From Chloroflexota bacterium (GTDB lineage: Bacteria; Chloroflexota; UBA11872), in the NCBI GenBank assembly GCA_026707585.1, contig JAPOWQ010000032.1, forward strand, positions 7,383 to 71,382: a DNA stretch of 64,000 bases, given 5' to 3'. Within the stretch, counting starts at the first letter, position 1, and the number at the start of each line of letters is the position of its first letter. The notes under the pieces were generated by a model, which was not told the origin of the DNA, searched no databases, and worked only from the letters and a program-made list of their open reading frames with translations. Of this stretch, positions 47,303-57,746 are shown piece by piece. A program made the translations under genes and the position numbers.

Positions 47303-48607
47303 ATGCGCCGTAGCTCAGACTCCGAGCGCCCTTGGCTAGACTGCCCCATGCCTGCATCCGCGCCCCCAATGCACCTGGTTCGGCAGGCCTTCGCCACCGC
47401 CGAACTGGACGACCTTCAAGGTCACCTGACCACTGGCCTGCGCCGGCAACTCGACCGAGCCGCCTTACCGCCGCGCTCCACTGTGGCCATTGCCGTCGGC
47501 TCCCGTGGCGTCTCGCCGGTCGTTGAGGTCGTGAAGACCCTCGCCCGCGGGCTGCACGACGCGGGACTGCAGCCCTTCGTCGTCCCTGCCATGGGCAGCC
47601 ACGGCGGCGGCACAGCCGAGGGCCAGGCGTCCGTTCTGGCCGACTACGGAGTCCACGAGCAGAGTGTCGGCGCGCCGGTTCGCGCCACCATGGACACGGT
47701 CGAACTGGGCAGAACTGCTTCAGGAATTACCGTCCACCTGGACGCCGAGGCCGCAGGGGCCGATGGCGTGATCGTGATTGGCCGGGTCAAGCCCCACACC
47801 GGCTTTCGCGGTCCGATCGAGAGCGGCCTTTGCAAGATGAGCGTCATCGGCCTCGGCAATCGTCGCGGCGCCGAATCGCTGCACGCCCACCCCCTGGCCA
47901 CCGGCATACCGGAAGCCGCTGCCCTCATCGTCGCGTCCGGCCACCTTCTCTGCGGCGTCGCCCTGGTCGAGAACGCCTTCGACCGGCCCGCCCGCGCCGA
48001 AGTTGTACCCCCTGAGGCCTTCCACGCCACCGACGAGAACCTCCTCAAGCTCGCCCGCCAACTCATGCCCCGCCTTCCCCTCGACAAGCTCGACGGCCTG
48101 CTCATCGACCGCATGGGAAAGAACATCTCAGGTTCGGGCATGGATCCCAACGTGGTCGGCATGTGGCGCCGGTTAAGCGAGCTTGACCGCACGCCCGACT
48201 ACGGCTGGCTCGCCGTGCTGGGCCTTACGCCCGAATCCCACGGCAATGCCGTAGGCATCGGCCTGGCCGATCTCTGCAGCCGCAAGCTTGCCGACGCCAT
48301 CGACCACGAAGCCCTGGCCATGAACACGCTGACCGCCATGGCCCTGCACGCGGCCAAGGTGCCGCTGACGCTGCCCACCGACCGCGCCTGCTACGAAACG
48401 GTCCTGCATTTGGCTGAGCGTTCGACCGACCGACCGCTTCGCGTTGGGCGGATCCGCAACACGCTCGATCTGGAGACCTTCTGGGTCAGCGAAAGCGTGC
48501 TCCACGACCTGCCCGGAAGCTGCGAGGTCATCGACTCGGCCAGCCCGTTTGGCTTTGATGCGGACGACGCCATCCTCGAGACCGGCGCGTTTGAACCGTC
48601 CGCCTGA
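47303..48607 (+). CDS. Conserved hypothetical protein with a LarA/DUF2088-like architecture but divergent motifs
   Basis: Segments VAIAVGSRGVS...PAMGSHGGGT parallel the LarA DxTRP...GTHR layout without conserving the residues. Start may be at internal Met 47348 or 47369. Confidence 0.4.
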   Translation: MRRSSDSERPWLDCPMPASAPPMHLVRQAFATAELDDLQGHLTTGLRRQLDRAALPPRSTVAIAVGSRGVSPVVEVVKTLARGLHDAGLQPFVVPAMGSHGGGTAEGQASVLADYGVHEQSVGAPVRATMDTVELGRTASGITVHLDAEAAGADGVIVIGRVKPHTGFRGPIESGLCKMSVIGLGNRRGAESLHAHPLATGIPEAAALIVASGHLLCGVALVENAFDRPARAEVVPPEAFHATDENLLKLARQLMPRLPLDKLDGLLIDRMGKNISGSGMDPNVVGMWRRLSELDRTPDYGWLAVLGLTPESHGNAVGIGLADLCSRKLADAIDHEALAMNTLTAMALHAAKVPLTLPTDRACYETVLHLAERSTDRPLRVGRIRNTLDLETFWVSESVLHDLPGSCEVIDSASPFGFDADDAILETGAFEPSA

Positions 48608-48640
48608 CAGCCCGCGAAAAGACTGGCGCCTGGCTCGCGC

Positions 48641-49807
48641 ATGACCATCGGCGGGCGGCGCTCGGTCGTCCCACGCTCCATGCCGTTCTACTTCACCGTC
48701 GGCCTCCTGCTGGCGATGCCGGGTCCATCGCTCGAGGCGGTGCGCGCCGACTTCAACCTCACCTACCTGCTGGTGGTCTTGACCTTGATCGTTCCCTCAA
48801 TCTCATACGCCAGCGGAACCATCATGGGCGGGCTGGTGGCGGATCGGCTTGGACGTCGCGCCACGCTTACCACGGGGGTGACCCTACTGGTGATCGGGTT
48901 GCTGACGTCCGGCGTTTCGCCGGCGCTGGGGATCCTGCTGATCGGAACCTGCCTGAACGGATTCGGCTTCGGGCTTACGGAGGCCCCGCTTACCGCAACC
49001 ATTTCGGATGTTGCCGGCGACGCAACCGGCCGAGCCATGACGATCTCGCAGATGCCGTTTGGCTTCGGCGCGCTCACCGCGCCGCCGTTGGTCGGCGTGC
49101 TGCTGCAGACGCCGATCGGCTGGCGCGGCGGCTATCTGGCCGCGGCCTTGCTGGTCATGCTGGCGGCGGTCGTGCTGCTGTCCGCGCGCATTCCGGCCGC
49201 GACCGCGCGTCGCGCCGTTGGTGAGTCTCTCGTCTCCGCCGTCATGCGTCCCGTACCAATCCTCCTCGGCGCGGTCATCATTGGCTACTTCAGCATGCAG
49301 CTCGGACTCGGCGGGTTCCTGGCCGCGTACCTGGAGGCCGACTATGGATTCTCGCGTCCGGCCGCGGCCACGCTGGTCGCGGCCTTCTGGTTGGGGATTT
49401 CGCTCGGGCGGATCATCGGTGCGTGGCTGGCGCTCCGTGTCCAGGCCTACGATCTGGCCCTTGGCAGTGCCGGCCTTTCGCTGATCTGCGCGATCGTCGT
49501 GGCCGCTGTTCCGCAGCCCGCGGCAATCCTGGCCGCCGCGGTGCTGGCCGGTCTGGTGGCCGGACCGGCCTTTACCACCGTGGTAGGGCTTGGGGTGCGC
49601 TATCGACCGTCGGCAGCCGGCATGATCGCCGGATTCATGCTCGCCATGGGCGGCACGGGATTCGCGGGGCTCTCGCTGCTCGCGGGCGCCATTGCTGACG
49701 CGCTGTCCGTCCGTGCGGCGGTGGCCGTCATGCCGGTCACGCTTGGCGTTGCCTTTCTCCTGCTGCTGCTTGCGCGCCGGCTGCACACGGCCGAGTTACG
49801 AAGTTGA
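48641..49807 (+). CDS. MFS transporter
   Basis: 12 TM segments and an MFS loop motif (GGLVADRLGRR). Confidence 0.75.
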   Translation: MTIGGRRSVVPRSMPFYFTVGLLLAMPGPSLEAVRADFNLTYLLVVLTLIVPSISYASGTIMGGLVADRLGRRATLTTGVTLLVIGLLTSGVSPALGILLIGTCLNGFGFGLTEAPLTATISDVAGDATGRAMTISQMPFGFGALTAPPLVGVLLQTPIGWRGGYLAAALLVMLAAVVLLSARIPAATARRAVGESLVSAVMRPVPILLGAVIIGYFSMQLGLGGFLAAYLEADYGFSRPAAATLVAAFWLGISLGRIIGAWLALRVQAYDLALGSAGLSLICAIVVAAVPQPAAILAAAVLAGLVAGPAFTTVVGLGVRYRPSAAGMIAGFMLAMGGTGFAGLSLLAGAIADALSVRAAVAVMPVTLGVAFLLLLLARRLHTAELRS

Positions 49808-49841
49808 CGGCCGGAAGATCGTCGGACGTTAGGCAGGCACC

Positions 49842-51032
49842 ATGATCCTGGCGGCCAGCATGTGGTTCTACGCCGCCGGTGGCGCCGCCATCAGCGTGTT
49901 TGGGCCGTCGGTCGAGGCGATAGTCGAAGACTTCGGCCTTACCTACAGCCAGATCAGCCTGATCATCACCATTATTTCCTTCGGGTTCATCGCCGGATCG
50001 CTGGGCGGCGGCGCGGCGAGCGACCGGTGGGGACGTCGCGCGGTGCTGGTCCCGTCGGCGGGCGGGGCCTCGCTGTCCATGTTCTGGTTCGCCGCCAGCC
50101 CCACCTTCGGCTCGCTGCTGGCGGCCGGCTTTCTCATCGGGGCTACTTTCGGACCCGGCCTGGCGGCGGCCACGGCGCTGATCGCAGACCTGGCGCGGGA
50201 ACGCAGCACCCGCGCCCTCAACCTCTTCAACACCGCGTTCGCGCTCGGCGCTATCGTGGCCCCCGCGCTCGTGGCTGTCTGCCTGGCTGCATTCACGAAC
50301 TGGCGCGTCGCCTATTTGGTTGTGGCCGCCTGGTTCGCGTCCAGTGCCCTTTTCTTTATTCGCTTGCCCTACCCGCCCCGCGGCAACGCGGTCCCACCCT
50401 TTCGCAGCATGGTCCGCGGGCTTACCTCGCCGCTGTCCGTCCTTCTTGGACTGGTGCTGCTGCTGTACGTGGGTGTCGAAATCGCGTTCGGGGACTTTGG
50501 CGCGGCCTACATGGAACGCACCCAAGGACTGCCGCGAGTGGCCGCGGCGGCATCGGTCACCGCCTTCTGGATCGGCGTCCTGCTCGGGCGCCTCGTCGTC
50601 TACCGCCTGGCGGGCACCTGGCGTGCCTCCAGCATCGTTCGCTGGTCGCTCGTGCTCGCCCTGGTTATGTCGACGCTGGCGGCGCTGGCGGTCTCGCCGG
50701 CCCTGGCCATCCTCGGCTTCGTCCTGACGGGAGCCACAATTGGCGGGGTCTTCCCTACGGCCCTGGGAATCGGCCTGCGCCTACGGCCTGAAATGGCCGG
50801 CGCCCTTGCCGGGGGCCTTGCGGCCATGGCCAGCGTTGGCGGCGCGCTGCTCGCACCCATGATTGGCGCCGCGTCGGACGCCGCCGGCCCGCGAGGTGGC
50901 ATGCTGCTGGCGCCGGCCTTCATCCTCATGGCCATGGTGCTGTTCGAACTCGTCCAGGCGCTGCAGCGTCGAAGGGCAGGCGATCCAGCCGGACGCGCGG
51001 CGCCGCCGGTCAAGGGATCCATTGATGCCTGA
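49842..51032 (+). CDS. MFS transporter (tandem paralog)
   Basis: 12 TM segments; GAASDRWGRR motif. Confidence 0.75.
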   Translation: MILAASMWFYAAGGAAISVFGPSVEAIVEDFGLTYSQISLIITIISFGFIAGSLGGGAASDRWGRRAVLVPSAGGASLSMFWFAASPTFGSLLAAGFLIGATFGPGLAAATALIADLARERSTRALNLFNTAFALGAIVAPALVAVCLAAFTNWRVAYLVVAAWFASSALFFIRLPYPPRGNAVPPFRSMVRGLTSPLSVLLGLVLLLYVGVEIAFGDFGAAYMERTQGLPRVAAAASVTAFWIGVLLGRLVVYRLAGTWRASSIVRWSLVLALVMSTLAALAVSPALAILGFVLTGATIGGVFPTALGIGLRLRPEMAGALAGGLAAMASVGGALLAPMIGAASDAAGPRGGMLLAPAFILMAMVLFELVQALQRRRAGDPAGRAAPPVKGSIDA

Positions 51033-51993
51033 CCCGTCCAGGCCGGTCGGCGCAATCGACCTTGGCGGGACCAGCGTGCGCGCGGCCGTCGTTGACGTGA
51101 ACGGCGGCATTGCGGGCTTCGTGGCCGGCGCCACGGAAGCGTCGCAGGGGCCGGACGCGGTGATCGATCGCATTGTTGCCCTGCTGCATGAATCGCTGGC
51201 CCGCGCGTCGGTCAGAACCTCGGACCTCGCAGCTGTCGGGATTGGCGCGCCCGGGCCGCTCGACTGGGCCACCGGCGTCATTCACGAGGCGCCCAATCTG
51301 CCGGGTTGGAAGGAAGTCGCGCTGGCGGCGCGAATCGGCGATGCCGTTGGCCTTCCGGCGTTCCTCGAGAACGACGCCAACGCCGCGGCGCTGGCCGAAT
51401 GGCAGTACGGAGTCGGACGCGGCGCCATGAACGTGCTCTACATCACGGTCAGCACGGGGGTGGGCGGCGGCCTGATCCTGGACGGGGAGCTCTGGCACGG
51501 GGCGTACGGCAGCGCCGGCGAGTTCGGCCACATGACCGTCGACTTCGACGGCCCGCCGTGCGACTGCGGCAACCGCGGCTGCATCGAGGCCATCGCCGCC
51601 GGTCCCGACATCGCGGCCTGGGTCGTGGACCAGATCGCCGCGGGCCGCTCCAGCAGTCTCGGCGGCCAGACCGACCCTTCCGGCCGCGACGTGGTGGAAG
51701 CCGCGCAGCAAGGCGACGCGCTCGCCGTGAGCGCCCTGGAACGGGCGGGACGCGCCGTCGGCTTTGGCGTCATCAACGTCGCCCACCTCGTCAACCTGGA
51801 CACGGTGGTCATCGGCGGCGGCATTGCCAACGCGGGCGACCTCCTGTTCGATCCGCTGCGGGCGACCGTGCGCGAGCATCTCCTGGAGAGCACCGCACCG
51901 AGCCTGCGGCTCGAGCCCTGGTCGCTCGGCGAAGACGTGGGTCTACTTGGGGCGGCTGCCGCTGCCCGCTCGCGTCTCGTCGGTGGCTCGTAG
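51025..51993 (+). CDS. ROK-family sugar kinase (glucokinase/N-acetylhexosamine kinase-like)
   Basis: IDLGGTSVRAAVVD and a zinc motif CDCGNRGC. 8-nt overlap with the MFS gene. Confidence 0.8.
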   Translation: MPDPSRPVGAIDLGGTSVRAAVVDVNGGIAGFVAGATEASQGPDAVIDRIVALLHESLARASVRTSDLAAVGIGAPGPLDWATGVIHEAPNLPGWKEVALAARIGDAVGLPAFLENDANAAALAEWQYGVGRGAMNVLYITVSTGVGGGLILDGELWHGAYGSAGEFGHMTVDFDGPPCDCGNRGCIEAIAAGPDIAAWVVDQIAAGRSSSLGGQTDPSGRDVVEAAQQGDALAVSALERAGRAVGFGVINVAHLVNLDTVVIGGGIANAGDLLFDPLRATVREHLLESTAPSLRLEPWSLGEDVGLLGAAAAARSRLVGGS

Positions 51994-53520
51994 GGGGCTG
52001 CCCCAGGCCGGCAGATAGTCCGACGCCGGGTTGTCCGTGATGCGCTGCAAGTCCGTCCCGTCCACGCGGACGGTGTAGATCTCCCAGTTGGCGTCGCGGT
52101 AGCTGGCAAAGGCGATCTTTGCGCCGTCGGGCGAGAACACGGGATTCCAGTCCGGCGCCGGATGCGTGGTGAGCCGCACCTCGTTCGATCCGTCCGCGTC
52201 CGCCACGAACACGTCAAACGCGTCGCCAATCCATCTCGCGAACGTGATGAGCGTGCCATCCGGCGAAAACGAAGGATCGCGCCCGCTGCTGATCACCGTG
52301 CGAGACCCGACAGGATCGTCAAGGTCCAGCGTCACGATGTCCGACCCGCTGGTGAAGATGAGCTGCGAGCCGTCGGGTGACCACGCGGGATAGCAAAGGA
52401 ATCCGGCCTGATCGCCGATCCTTCGCTGTTCGGAGCCATCGGCCAGCATGGTGTAAATCTCGCTTTCGCCGGTACGCGTACTCGCGAACGCCAGCCGCTC
52501 GCCGTCGGGCGACCACCAGGCCTCCCAGTCCGTGCTCGCGGTGTTCGTGAGCTGTTGCGGATTGCCCCCGTCGCTGTCGGCCACGAAGACCTGGTAGCTG
52601 CCGCCGGCGAACGCGGAGAACGCAATCCGCTGCCCGCCCGGCGACCAGTTCGGGCGGCTGGTGAGACCGCCCGTCTGCGTGAGCTGCGTCAGATCGCTCC
52701 CGGTTGGCGTCATGGTCCAGAGATTCCACGCCCCGCTGCGGTTGCTCAGGAACGCCAGCAGTCCGGTCGTCCCGGCCAGGTTCGGATCGGGAATGGCAGC
52801 GGTCGCCTCGACCGGAATCATGCCGCCGTCCCGGTAGTCCAAGCCGCTGTGGGAGATGACGACGTTGGGCGCGCTCACCGCCGGTTCGGAGTCAGGGCGC
52901 CACAGCCAGAACACCGCGCGCTGCGCCCGCAGCACCGCAACGTCATCGCGATCTTCGACGACCACCGGTAGGCCGTAGGCATCCAGCCAGCGGTCGTTAC
53001 CGAACCAGCGGCGCTCAATGTCAGGAAAACGCTTCAGAATCTCCAGCCGCTCCGCCAAGACTTCTTCAAACGAACGCGCATCCGCCTCCTCTGGGTTCGG
53101 AGGAAGTGGAACGCCGCGCGCAGTCTGAAGCCAGGGGTCGCGCCCGGCCTGGCTGAGCGCGTCGTAGACGTTCAGGAACGTCACGCCATCGGCCACCGTC
53201 CATTGCAGAACCGCCTTCTGAAATGCCTGAAGGGTCAAGGGACCAGCCGACCAGCGGTTGGAAATCGGGTATCCCAGCCGTGCCACGCCGCCAGCGGACT
53301 GGAAAAACGTCCAGAATGGGATGTCCTCCGCATCGGTCACTTCGAAACCGAGACCGTCGCCCGGTCCGGCCTGCGAATAGAACCACCCGTGGGCGGTAGC
53401 CCAATCCGGCGGCGATTCCGCCTGCGCGAAGCGGGCCGGCGCAAGAAACATCCCGCCCAGGAGGGCCAGCGCCAGCACCGTGCCGCGCACGATGCGCTGG
53501 CGACGGGCGCTAGAGGGCAT
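51943..53520 (-). CDS. Secreted PD40/TolB-like beta-propeller protein with an N-terminal LGFP-like repeat module
   Basis: Signal peptide (RRQRIVRGTVLALALLGGMFLAPARFAQA). The N-terminal ~170 aa are homologous to the N-terminus of the WD40 protein. C-terminal PD40 repeats (SPDG.R.AF.S.R.G..EIY). Confidence 0.75.
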   Translation of the reverse strand: MPSSARRQRIVRGTVLALALLGGMFLAPARFAQAESPPDWATAHGWFYSQAGPGDGLGFEVTDAEDIPFWTFFQSAGGVARLGYPISNRWSAGPLTLQAFQKAVLQWTVADGVTFLNVYDALSQAGRDPWLQTARGVPLPPNPEEADARSFEEVLAERLEILKRFPDIERRWFGNDRWLDAYGLPVVVEDRDDVAVLRAQRAVFWLWRPDSEPAVSAPNVVISHSGLDYRDGGMIPVEATAAIPDPNLAGTTGLLAFLSNRSGAWNLWTMTPTGSDLTQLTQTGGLTSRPNWSPGGQRIAFSAFAGGSYQVFVADSDGGNPQQLTNTASTDWEAWWSPDGERLAFASTRTGESEIYTMLADGSEQRRIGDQAGFLCYPAWSPDGSQLIFTSGSDIVTLDLDDPVGSRTVISSGRDPSFSPDGTLITFARWIGDAFDVFVADADGSNEVRLTTHPAPDWNPVFSPDGAKIAFASYRDANWEIYTVRVDGTDLQRITDNPASDYLPAWGSPLRATDETRAGSGSRPK

Positions 53521-53659
53521 GGGGCGACATAGACCGTGAAGCTGGCGGCGGGCACTGTAGCCCACCCCTGCGGTTTCGAATGTAGTGAACCTTGTTTTCA
53601 TGCAAGAATTGGCCCGGCGCCCACGCGGGCGAATCATCATTCGCAGGTAGGACGATTCA

Positions 53660-54502
53660 ATGGCCGAATACGTGAAATCTGATGTGCTGGTCGACACTGA
53701 CTGGGTTGCAACCTATGGCGGCGACGACGGTGTGCGGCTGGTCGAAGTGGACGTCGACACGTCCTCCTACGACTCGGGTCATATCCCCGGCGCCGTGGGT
53801 TGGAACTGGGAAACCCAGCTTTCGGACGGCATCCGGCGCGACATCGCCTCGCCGGAACAGTGGAAGGATCTGCTCGAAAGCTCCGGCATCGCCGCCGACA
53901 CGCACGTCATCCTCTACGGCGACAACAACAACTGGTTCGCCGCTTTTGCGTACTGGCAGTTCAAGATGGGCGGCCACGAGCGGGTGAGTCTCATGAACGG
54001 CGGACGGCTCAAGTGGGAGCAGGAAGGCCGCGAGTTGACCACCGACGAGACCGTCGTCGAGTCCGCCACCTACGAAGCCGGTGAGGCCGATCCGTCTTTG
54101 CGTGTCCTGCAGCCTGACGTCCGCGCTGCGCTTGGCGACGGCTCCACCGTGCTGGTGGACGTGCGTTCGCCCGCCGAGTTCACCGGCGAGATCCTGGCTC
54201 CGCCGGGCCTTCAGGAATTGTCACAGCGCGGCGGCCACATACCCGGCGCTGACAACGTGCCCTGGCTGACCGCCGTCAACGAAGCCGACGGCACCTTCAA
54301 GTCGGCCGACGAACTGCTGGAAATCTACGGTCCCCTCGGCGCGACCGGCGACGCACCCGTCATCACCTACTGCCGAATTGGGGAGCGCTCGGCCCACACC
54401 TGGTTCGCGCTGCACGAACTGCTCGGCGTTGGGGACGTCCGCAACTACGACGGCTCCTGGACCGAATGGGGCTCGATGATCGGACAGCCAATCGAGCGCT
54501 GA
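53660..54502 (+). CDS. sseA: Thiosulfate/3-mercaptopyruvate sulfurtransferase (tandem rhodanese domains)
   Basis: Two rhodanese domains; active-site CRIGERS. Confidence 0.85.
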   Translation: MAEYVKSDVLVDTDWVATYGGDDGVRLVEVDVDTSSYDSGHIPGAVGWNWETQLSDGIRRDIASPEQWKDLLESSGIAADTHVILYGDNNNWFAAFAYWQFKMGGHERVSLMNGGRLKWEQEGRELTTDETVVESATYEAGEADPSLRVLQPDVRAALGDGSTVLVDVRSPAEFTGEILAPPGLQELSQRGGHIPGADNVPWLTAVNEADGTFKSADELLEIYGPLGATGDAPVITYCRIGERSAHTWFALHELLGVGDVRNYDGSWTEWGSMIGQPIER

Positions 54503-54526
54503 GGCGCGTGCGACGGCTGGCTTGAC

Positions 54527-56128
54527 CTAGCCGCCCAGTTCGACTCTCGCCAGGTCAATCGCGCCGCTTACCGGTTCGATTCCGAAGCCGGTCACGTCAG
54601 GCTTGAGCAGAAAGGCCGAGGCGTGGCGGCCAATCGCGATAGCCGGTGTCTCGGCTTCGAGGACGGCGTCGGCGGACAGGTAGGCCGCCCGCTGGGCTTC
54701 CTGGTCCGTTGTCGCCGCCGCCGTGGTCAGGTGTTGGTCAAACGCGGTGTTGCCCCAGCCCGTGCGGAAAAAGTCCACGTCCGAACGCCATAGCTCGTCG
54801 AGCCAGTTTGACGGATGGCGGAATTCGGAGGTCCAACCGGCTCGGTAGGCATCGAAATCGCCGGGCGCGTTCGAGAAGTCCAGGAAGTCGCGCCACTCGC
54901 GCACGTCCGGCTGGACCACCACGCCAAGGGTGTCGTCCCATACCCTGGCCAGTTCGGCGGCCAACCGATCCCACTGGTCGGTGCGGTGGTACGTGAAGCG
55001 CAGGGGTGGGAGTCCCGCACCGTTGCGGAACCCCGCGCTCGCCAGCAGGGCCCGCGCCTCGTCGACGTTTGGCGCGCCGCCGGGCTCGGCGGCCAGGACG
55101 CTTTCGGGCGTCAGCCGCTGCGCCGGCAGTGTGGGCCGGTCGAACACCGCCGCGGTCAACGCCTCGCGGTCGAGCGCCAGCGACAACGCCCGCCGAACGG
55201 CCACCATGTCCCACGGCGCCTTGCGCGTGTTGAACACGATGAACCAGGTGCCCGCACGCTCGAAGAGCCGCACCTGCGGTCGCAGGTCTGGATTGCCCAG
55301 CGCAGACCTGTAGTCTGCCCCGCTCACGCTGGCGGCGTGCGCCGGACTGGCATGAAAGTCCTGGAGCCGCGAGTCGGCGGATCGCGGGAATCGAATGACC
55401 ACGTCGCTAAAGACCGGCGGCGTGGGACCGCCGTAGTGCGGGTTGCGATGCAGCGTCATGCCCAGGCCGCGATCCCACTGCGCCAGCTTGTACGGCCCAT
55501 TGCTGCGAATACGGATCGGGTCGGTCCACGATGCCCCGGTTCCTTCAATCTCCGCCCGAGGCAGCGGTACGAACGTCGTCGTCCCCACCCGCGCCAGGAG
55601 TCCAGGCGTAGGACGCTCAAGATGCACCCGCAAGGTCGACGTGTCCGGCGCGCGAATCTCCGGCTCGTTACGATTGCGGCCGCCGCCGGCATAGCTCTCC
55701 GCTCCCCTGATGGGGAACAGGAGATAGTTGAACGTAGCGCCCAGTTCCGGCGCCAGGTTGCGCCGCCACGACCAGACAAAGTCGTCGGAAGAGACGGCCT
55801 CGCCCGAAGTCCATCGACCGCTGGCCGAGAGCTTGAACTGGTAGGCGTGCCCGGCGTCCGTGATCTGCCACGACTCGGCGGCGGCCGGGTGCGACACGCC
55901 GCCTTCGCCGACGCGTACGAGCGGCTCGAACAGAGCCTCCGCGACGGTTGCTTCGTGCGGCTGCGCGACCAGCGCCGGATCGATGGTGGCCGGCTCGTCC
56001 AATAGCAACTCAAGCCGCCGGCCGGTGGCGGCGCTTTCTGGCGCCAGCGGTCCCTCGCATGCCGCCAGGGCCGCGAGAGCAGCGCCGCCACCGGCTAGTT
56101 CCACGAACCGTCGACGGTTCAGCGGCAT
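54527..56128 (-). CDS. ABC transporter substrate-binding protein, family 5 (peptide/nickel/oligosaccharide type)
   Basis: Tat-like/lipoprotein signal (RRRFVELAGGGAALAALAAC) and SBP_bac_5 fold motifs. Confidence 0.75.
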   Translation of the reverse strand: MPLNRRRFVELAGGGAALAALAACEGPLAPESAATGRRLELLLDEPATIDPALVAQPHEATVAEALFEPLVRVGEGGVSHPAAAESWQITDAGHAYQFKLSASGRWTSGEAVSSDDFVWSWRRNLAPELGATFNYLLFPIRGAESYAGGGRNRNEPEIRAPDTSTLRVHLERPTPGLLARVGTTTFVPLPRAEIEGTGASWTDPIRIRSNGPYKLAQWDRGLGMTLHRNPHYGGPTPPVFSDVVIRFPRSADSRLQDFHASPAHAASVSGADYRSALGNPDLRPQVRLFERAGTWFIVFNTRKAPWDMVAVRRALSLALDREALTAAVFDRPTLPAQRLTPESVLAAEPGGAPNVDEARALLASAGFRNGAGLPPLRFTYHRTDQWDRLAAELARVWDDTLGVVVQPDVREWRDFLDFSNAPGDFDAYRAGWTSEFRHPSNWLDELWRSDVDFFRTGWGNTAFDQHLTTAAATTDQEAQRAAYLSADAVLEAETPAIAIGRHASAFLLKPDVTGFGIEPVSGAIDLARVELGG

Positions 56129-56132
56129 GGCT

Positions 56133-57746
56133 TCAGTTAGCGATCGTCAGCTCGGTGAGCCACTCTCGCGTCATCGGGCGGCCTCCGTAGCCTTCCACCC
56201 AGGGCTGCACGAGCTCGTGCGACACAGAGAACAGCAGCGGAATGAGCACCCCCTGCTCGATGACTCGATCCTCGATCTCTCCGTAGTACGCCAAACGCTC
56301 GTCGTCCGTGTCGGCCGTGCGGGCTTGCTGAATGAGGGCGTCGACGACAGGATCCGAGAAGCGCCACGCGTTGTCCGGTCGATCGGAGCCGAACAGCTCG
56401 TCGGTGAAGTTGAAGGCGTCGGGGAAGTCGGCCGACCACCCAAGGAAAAACGCCGGGATGTCGTGGTCATGTTCGTCCAGCGCGGTGAGGAGATCGTCGA
56501 AGGAGCGCACCTCGATCAGCACATCCACACCAAGCTCGGTCCGCCACGGATCGACGATGAGCTCCACGAAGGGATTTCCGGACAGGCCGTCGCCCGGCGC
56601 CACCACGGTGATGGGCGGCACGGCGTCGGCACCGCCGTACCTCGACTTCTCGAGTTCGGCCCGCGCCGCCTCGAGGTCAAATGCAAGGCCTTCGAAGTCC
56701 GCTCGGTGACCCGGCAAGCCCGGCGGGATGACGCCCCTGGCTTCTCGGTGCGCTCCGGCCAGCACGACGTCGGCAATGAACAGCCGGTCGGTGGCCAGGG
56801 CCAGAGCCCGCCGCACGTGCACGTCGTCGAGAGGCGCCAGCGTCGTGTTAAAGCCGATGTATTGGAACGATAGATCGGGCGTGCTGACCAAGTGGCTGCT
56901 GCGCGGTTCGTTCGGGTCGCGAAACCGGTTCAAATCGGCCGCTCCGATGGAGATCAGGTCAAGCTCGTCGTTCTCGTACAGCAGTAGATCCTCTCCTACG
57001 TCGAGCTGCTGGAACTCAACGGTCGCCGGTCCGCCTGGCAGCCAGGGGGCTGTATCCGCCCGGCCCAGCGTGATCAGCGATTCCGGACGCCAGTCGAGGA
57101 GCTGGTATGGCCCCGATCCATTTGGCGCGCGCCACCACTCGGCGCCCGCCGCGACATTCCGCCAGTCCACGACAAGCGTCGGGCCGGCACTGAGCTTGCT
57201 CGGGAAGAAAGCCAGCGGGGCGGTCAGCGTGACCTCAAGCATTCGCATTCCGCGGACGCGCAGCCCCGAGACCGAGTCGGCCTCGCCAGCCGCAAACGCC
57301 GCTGCACCCTGTATGTCTTCCAGGAACACCGGTCCCGAGAGGGAACCGGTGCCGGGATCCAGGGCGCGGCGCCATGACCACGCGACGTCCGTTGCGGTCA
57401 ATGGCGTCCCGTCGTGAAACCTGGCGTCTCGGCGAATCGTGAAGATATACGTCTGGCCGTCGCTGCTGACGGTCCAACCCGAAGCCAGGTCTGGTTCGAC
57501 CGACAAGTCAGGCGCGATGCGCGTGAGGCCGGCGAAGATCTCCTTTGCGTACTCGGCCGAGTTCGTATCGCGCACGTGAACCGGATCAAGGGTCAGTGGC
57601 TCGTGGGCCGCAAGCCGAAGCGTGCCCGACGCGGCAGGTGCCGTTGGTCCCGCATCGCCGCCGCCAAATACGGTGAACCCCAGGGCAAGCGCCGCGGCAA
57701 GCAATAGCCGACGGACCGCGCGTCTCCACTCGAAGGCCTTAGGCAC
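56133..57746 (-). CDS. ABC transporter substrate-binding protein, family 5 (tandem paralog)
   Basis: Signal peptide; collinear similarity to the 54527 gene. Confidence 0.75.
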   Translation of the reverse strand: MPKAFEWRRAVRRLLLAAALALGFTVFGGGDAGPTAPAASGTLRLAAHEPLTLDPVHVRDTNSAEYAKEIFAGLTRIAPDLSVEPDLASGWTVSSDGQTYIFTIRRDARFHDGTPLTATDVAWSWRRALDPGTGSLSGPVFLEDIQGAAAFAAGEADSVSGLRVRGMRMLEVTLTAPLAFFPSKLSAGPTLVVDWRNVAAGAEWWRAPNGSGPYQLLDWRPESLITLGRADTAPWLPGGPATVEFQQLDVGEDLLLYENDELDLISIGAADLNRFRDPNEPRSSHLVSTPDLSFQYIGFNTTLAPLDDVHVRRALALATDRLFIADVVLAGAHREARGVIPPGLPGHRADFEGLAFDLEAARAELEKSRYGGADAVPPITVVAPGDGLSGNPFVELIVDPWRTELGVDVLIEVRSFDDLLTALDEHDHDIPAFFLGWSADFPDAFNFTDELFGSDRPDNAWRFSDPVVDALIQQARTADTDDERLAYYGEIEDRVIEQGVLIPLLFSVSHELVQPWVEGYGGRPMTREWLTELTIAN

